Positions 24,331 to 27,430 of a stretch of DNA of 27,430 bases are shown here, one piece after another. The translations under genes and the position numbers were made by a program. Below the pieces are notes generated by a model that did no database searches, had not been told where the DNA came from, and was given only the letters and a program-made list of their open reading frames with translations. Position 1 is the stretch's first letter. Each line of letters begins with the position of its first letter. The stretch covers positions 1 to 27,430 of the forward strand of contig JAZDJS010000038.1 in assembly GCA_043803745.1 (NCBI GenBank). Reading direction: 5' to 3'. This DNA comes from an archaeon. Lineage in GTDB: Archaea > SpSt-1190 > DYHY01.

Positions 24331-25047
24331 TCAGCTCCCTAAACGTTCCTTCGCAATTGTCTTCAGTATTATAAAACCGTCCCTGAATGTTTTGAGCCTG
24401 CTTTCCCCGGAAAAGCGGGGCTTTTCATAGCTCGGAACCTCTATTGCCGCAAGCCCGAGCTTTGCGCATTTGATTGAGATTTCGGTCTCGATGCCGAATC
24501 CTTTGCTTTCAAGCTGACTTCTGAGTGCCCGGGCGGCGCCCCTTGAAAACGCCCTGTAACCGTAGCAGAGGTCTGTGTAGCCGGTTCTCCAAAGAACGTT
24601 GACGAGACTCACGAAGAACTTGTTGCCGATGAACCTCAGGAGCGTTATGTCGCCGCTTCCGCCTCCGGGCATGAACCGGGAGCCCATTGAGACGTCGTAC
24701 CCTTCCTCGATTTTTCCTATCAGGATGGGGAGCTCGCCTGCCGCATGGGAGCAGTCGGCATCCATTATCACGATGACGTTTCCCCTTGCGCTTGAAAGCC
24801 CCTTGATTATTGCCGAGCCCTTTCCAACCCGGTCGAAGAGAACGCGCGCGCCGTTTCTCTCGGCTATCTTCACGGTTTTGTCAGTTGAAAACCCGTCGAC
24901 AATCAGAATCTCTGTCCTCCTCGAAGCCCTTATTGGCGCGAGCTCCTTGAAAAGCAGGGGAAGGTTCTTCTCCTCGTTCAGCGTCGGTATCACAATTGTT
25001 GCGAGGGGTCCCTTCCTAAATGACGTAGAAGCTTTTCGCAAACCCAT
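24331..25047 (-). CDS. GT2 glycosyltransferase, dolichol/polyprenol-phosphate glycosyl (DPM synthase-like) transferase
   Basis: IVIPTLNEE, IVDGFSTDKT, GKGSA, MDADCSH (DxD), MGSRF, YTDLCYGYRAF, GFGIETE, RFSGES.L. ATG 25047 preferred over TTG 25089. Confidence 0.92.
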   Translation of the reverse strand: MGLRKASTSFRKGPLATIVIPTLNEEKNLPLLFKELAPIRASRRTEILIVDGFSTDKTVKIAERNGARVLFDRVGKGSAIIKGLSSARGNVIVIMDADCSHAAGELPILIGKIEEGYDVSMGSRFMPGGGSGDITLLRFIGNKFFVSLVNVLWRTGYTDLCYGYRAFSRGAARALRSQLESKGFGIETEISIKCAKLGLAAIEVPSYEKPRFSGESRLKTFRDGFIILKTIAKERLGS

Positions 25048-27430
25048 TGCTGAAAACCTCCCTGAACCTTGAAGTTCCCGCGCCGTCAAGGAGATATGTC
25101 CTCGTGAAAATGTTCCCGGCGCCCCCTTCCGTCACGTAAACAACCGCCCCACCGACAATTATCGCGCTTCCCGGATCTTTGGGGAGCGTTGTGTTCGTCG
25201 AATAGATCCCGTTGTAGGTGACTATCGAGGAAAGTGCCATAGCGCCGCTCTGTCCGGAAACGCCTATCAGCGGGAGGGTCGTCTGGTTCTGGTTGACAAG
25301 AGCAATGAAATAGGGATTTGAAGCGTAAATCTGCGCAGTTCCCAAGGGCGTTTCTGCCTCCTTCGAGAACGGGAAAACCACGTATTGGACCGGTCTCCCT
25401 CCGATGCTTGAGGCAGCAGCCATCTTGCCTATCATCGTTGCATCGTGGGTCATTATGCGGGGAGCCGGAATTTTGATTTCGACCGGCGCATATCCGAACA
25501 CTAGCTTTCCGATGGAGGAATTCGCCTCGATGAACGGGATTATCTCCGTGTCATCTCCCTTGTCCCGGAGATCCTGGACAGTCGGCCCGCTTATGCTGAC
25601 GCTTTCCATTTCTTCAATGCGCATTTCGGGAACGGTGACTTTTCCCTTCAGGCCGGAGTAAACCCCCCGGTAATCCACTATTAACTCCGCGGAATATTCC
25701 CCTGCCGGGATTGCGCTTCCCGGACCTATGGAAAATGCCGAGCAGAGTTTCGGAATGCGCTCCCCGCTTTCGCACATTCCGCTGACGAGGGTTTTCTCCG
25801 GGACGAAATTGGCATAGAATTCCCTTGCAAAAACCTCGTTGCTGTATTCGAACGAATTGTCGCCCTTCGAAAGGGTGAGCGTGACTATCGGGTATTGAAG
25901 GGTCGTCATCCAGTCGGCTGCTCTGTTTTCGTCGTTGTCAGTGAACATGAGCCCGAGCTCCTGGTCCATTTTCAGGAGGCGGTTGCCGCCGTCGGCGACC
26001 GAGGGTCTGCGCGCGAAATACTGTATCCAGTAGCCATAATCCCACCAGGCAAGAATCGGGCTTTCTTTCGCAAGGTTCTGGTCCGACCATTTGAAGTTCT
26101 CGAACCACTCGGAACTGACTGACGTGTGCACCCCTGAGCTTTCCCGCGAGGTCACTGGGTAAAGCTGGACAAACATCAGAAGCACGAGGAGGGCTGCAGT
26201 CCATTTTGCCGCGTGATGGGAAAATGCCTTTGAAAAGATCCCCCATATGACGAGCCCTGCCGCCGCGACAAGGAAGAGGTATGTCAGAACTGATTCTTTG
26301 GACATGAAAACGAATGGGGCTGTCGCGATTATTGCGGCCGCTCCGGAAATTAGGAAGGCGGTTTTCTTGCCTGAATGGAATATGAAGGAAATCGCCTGCC
26401 CCGCTGCGAAAGCAGCAATAGGGACGAGGTTGACAAAAAGGCGGACGCCCCGGCTCGCCGCATATATATTGAAGGCTAGCAGGAGCGCGGTCAGCAGGTC
26501 TTCGTCCTTCCCGGATATGAACAGAATCGCGACTATTGCGAGGGAGATTGGGAAGATTGCGCCCATCTGACCCCAGTAGGAGTTGCCTCCGAGCGGGAAT
26601 GCCGCTTCCCAAGGCCAAGCCCAGCTTGTCGGCTGGTTCTCACCGACGGTCGTCCCGTGGACCGAGGCGCGCAAGGGGTTGGTGAACTGGGAAAACACCG
26701 AAGCCGCCATATTGACCGGGGATATTCCCATTACAAGTAGTCCGGCAAGCCCGGAAATCGCGGTCAGCGCAAGGGAAATCGCGAGGAGATACTCCTTCTC
26801 GTTCTGCTTTCCGTGCAGGAATTTCAACCGGCTCCTGAATCTGAAAACGAAATAGGAGATCGCTAGGAAAGCAAGAACCCCATAGATTGCAAGGTTTATT
26901 GTTGATGTCGCAAAGCTGAGCCCCCCGGTGTTCCCATAGCGGAATCTCATTGCAACCGGCAGAAGTGCAAAAGGCAAAGTGCCGAAAAGGCTCTTCGATA
27001 TCTTGTGCCTGAAAACCTGCAGAACCTCGAAGAAAAGGACGGGTGCGACGTAGAGTATGTAGGCGGAAAGGGAAAGCGCTGCAAGCCCCATTGAGATTCC
27101 GGCGAATGCCCCGTAAATTAGGGCCGAGATTGCGCTTTCCTCGCTTATGTAGCGATAGACAAAATAAAGCGAAAGAATCATGAAAAAGAATGCTGCGGTG
27201 TCCTTGTCCGAAAAACCGGCAACTGAACGGAACAGCGCCCCGGGGACTATAATGAACAGGAGCGCCCCGACAAACCAGTCCCGGCCGGCGCGGTATCCTA
27301 GGTATATCAGGACTATCGCAGTCAGTAGAGTGAAGAGGGGCGCATACCATTTGGATGCTGCCTTGACCCCGTCGAAATTCGACTGGCAGAACGGGTTTAT
27401 CTTGCAGAGGAGAACGATTGAGTATGTCGG
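25016..27430 (-). CDS. aglB: oligosaccharyltransferase AglB (STT3 family), 5'-truncated by the window edge
   Basis: WWDYGYW (26027-26047), ADGGN, TVGENQP (TIXE-like), DATMIGK (DK-like). The frame stays open by hand translation from 27181 to 27430 and includes FRSVAGFSDKD. Confidence 0.95.
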   Translation of the reverse strand, partial: PTYSIVLLCKINPFCQSNFDGVKAASKWYAPLFTLLTAIVLIYLGYRAGRDWFVGALLFIIVPGALFRSVAGFSDKDTAAFFFMILSLYFVYRYISEESAISALIYGAFAGISMGLAALSLSAYILYVAPVLFFEVLQVFRHKISKSLFGTLPFALLPVAMRFRYGNTGGLSFATSTINLAIYGVLAFLAISYFVFRFRSRLKFLHGKQNEKEYLLAISLALTAISGLAGLLVMGISPVNMAASVFSQFTNPLRASVHGTTVGENQPTSWAWPWEAAFPLGGNSYWGQMGAIFPISLAIVAILFISGKDEDLLTALLLAFNIYAASRGVRLFVNLVPIAAFAAGQAISFIFHSGKKTAFLISGAAAIIATAPFVFMSKESVLTYLFLVAAAGLVIWGIFSKAFSHHAAKWTAALLVLLMFVQLYPVTSRESSGVHTSVSSEWFENFKWSDQNLAKESPILAWWDYGYWIQYFARRPSVADGGNRLLKMDQELGLMFTDNDENRAADWMTTLQYPIVTLTLSKGDNSFEYSNEVFAREFYANFVPEKTLVSGMCESGERIPKLCSAFSIGPGSAIPAGEYSAELIVDYRGVYSGLKGKVTVPEMRIEEMESVSISGPTVQDLRDKGDDTEIIPFIEANSSIGKLVFGYAPVEIKIPAPRIMTHDATMIGKMAAASSIGGRPVQYVVFPFSKEAETPLGTAQIYASNPYFIALVNQNQTTLPLIGVSGQSGAMALSSIVTYNGIYSTNTTLPKDPGSAIIVGGAVVYVTEGGAGNIFTRTYLLDGAGTSRFREVFSNGFAKSFYVI

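Noticed and set aside
1-27430. CRISPR array, rRNA or tRNA genes
   Set aside because: No regularly spaced repeats or recognisable RNA gene signatures; almost all of the sequence is accounted for by protein-coding genes.

Overview
Archaeal genomic window, most likely from a DPANN (Nanoarchaeota/Woese-/Pacearchaeota-like) lineage, judged from the archaeal-type ribosomal proteins and the GQSKGKFGGG insertion in uS5 (recalled, not searched). Positions 1524-15086 (minus strand) hold the canonical archaeal S10-spc cluster: L3-L4-L23-L2-S19-L22-S3-L29-SUI1-Rpp29-S17-L14-L24-S4e-L5-S14-S8-L6-L32e-L19e-L18-S5-L30. S14 (5262-5423) was missed by the ORF track. The cluster departs from the usual order twice. 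First, a membrane-anchored sulfatase-fold gene with degenerate catalytic motifs sits between SUI1 and Rpp29. Second, after L30 the expected L15-secY is replaced by a 448-aa unknown protein directly adjacent to a truncated enolase-superfamily-like gene. The right half encodes TrkH, rtcB plus archease, a membrane hypothetical, a small zinc-ribbon protein, a HemK2/Mtq2-like methyltransferase and cytidylate kinase. It ends in a tightly coupled glycosylation operon: AglB (partial), a DPM-synthase-like GT2, a NodU/TobZ-family carbamoyltransferase and a GT-C/ArnT-like transferase. Best candidates for undescribed biology are (1) the putative carbamoylated archaeal surface-glycan pathway, (2) the sulfatase pseudoenzyme inside the ribosomal operon, (3) the 448-aa protein/enolase-like pair, and (4) twin operator-like inverted repeats plus a hairpin cluster at 19.36-19.82 kb. 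No tRNA, rRNA, CRISPR or transposase was recognised.
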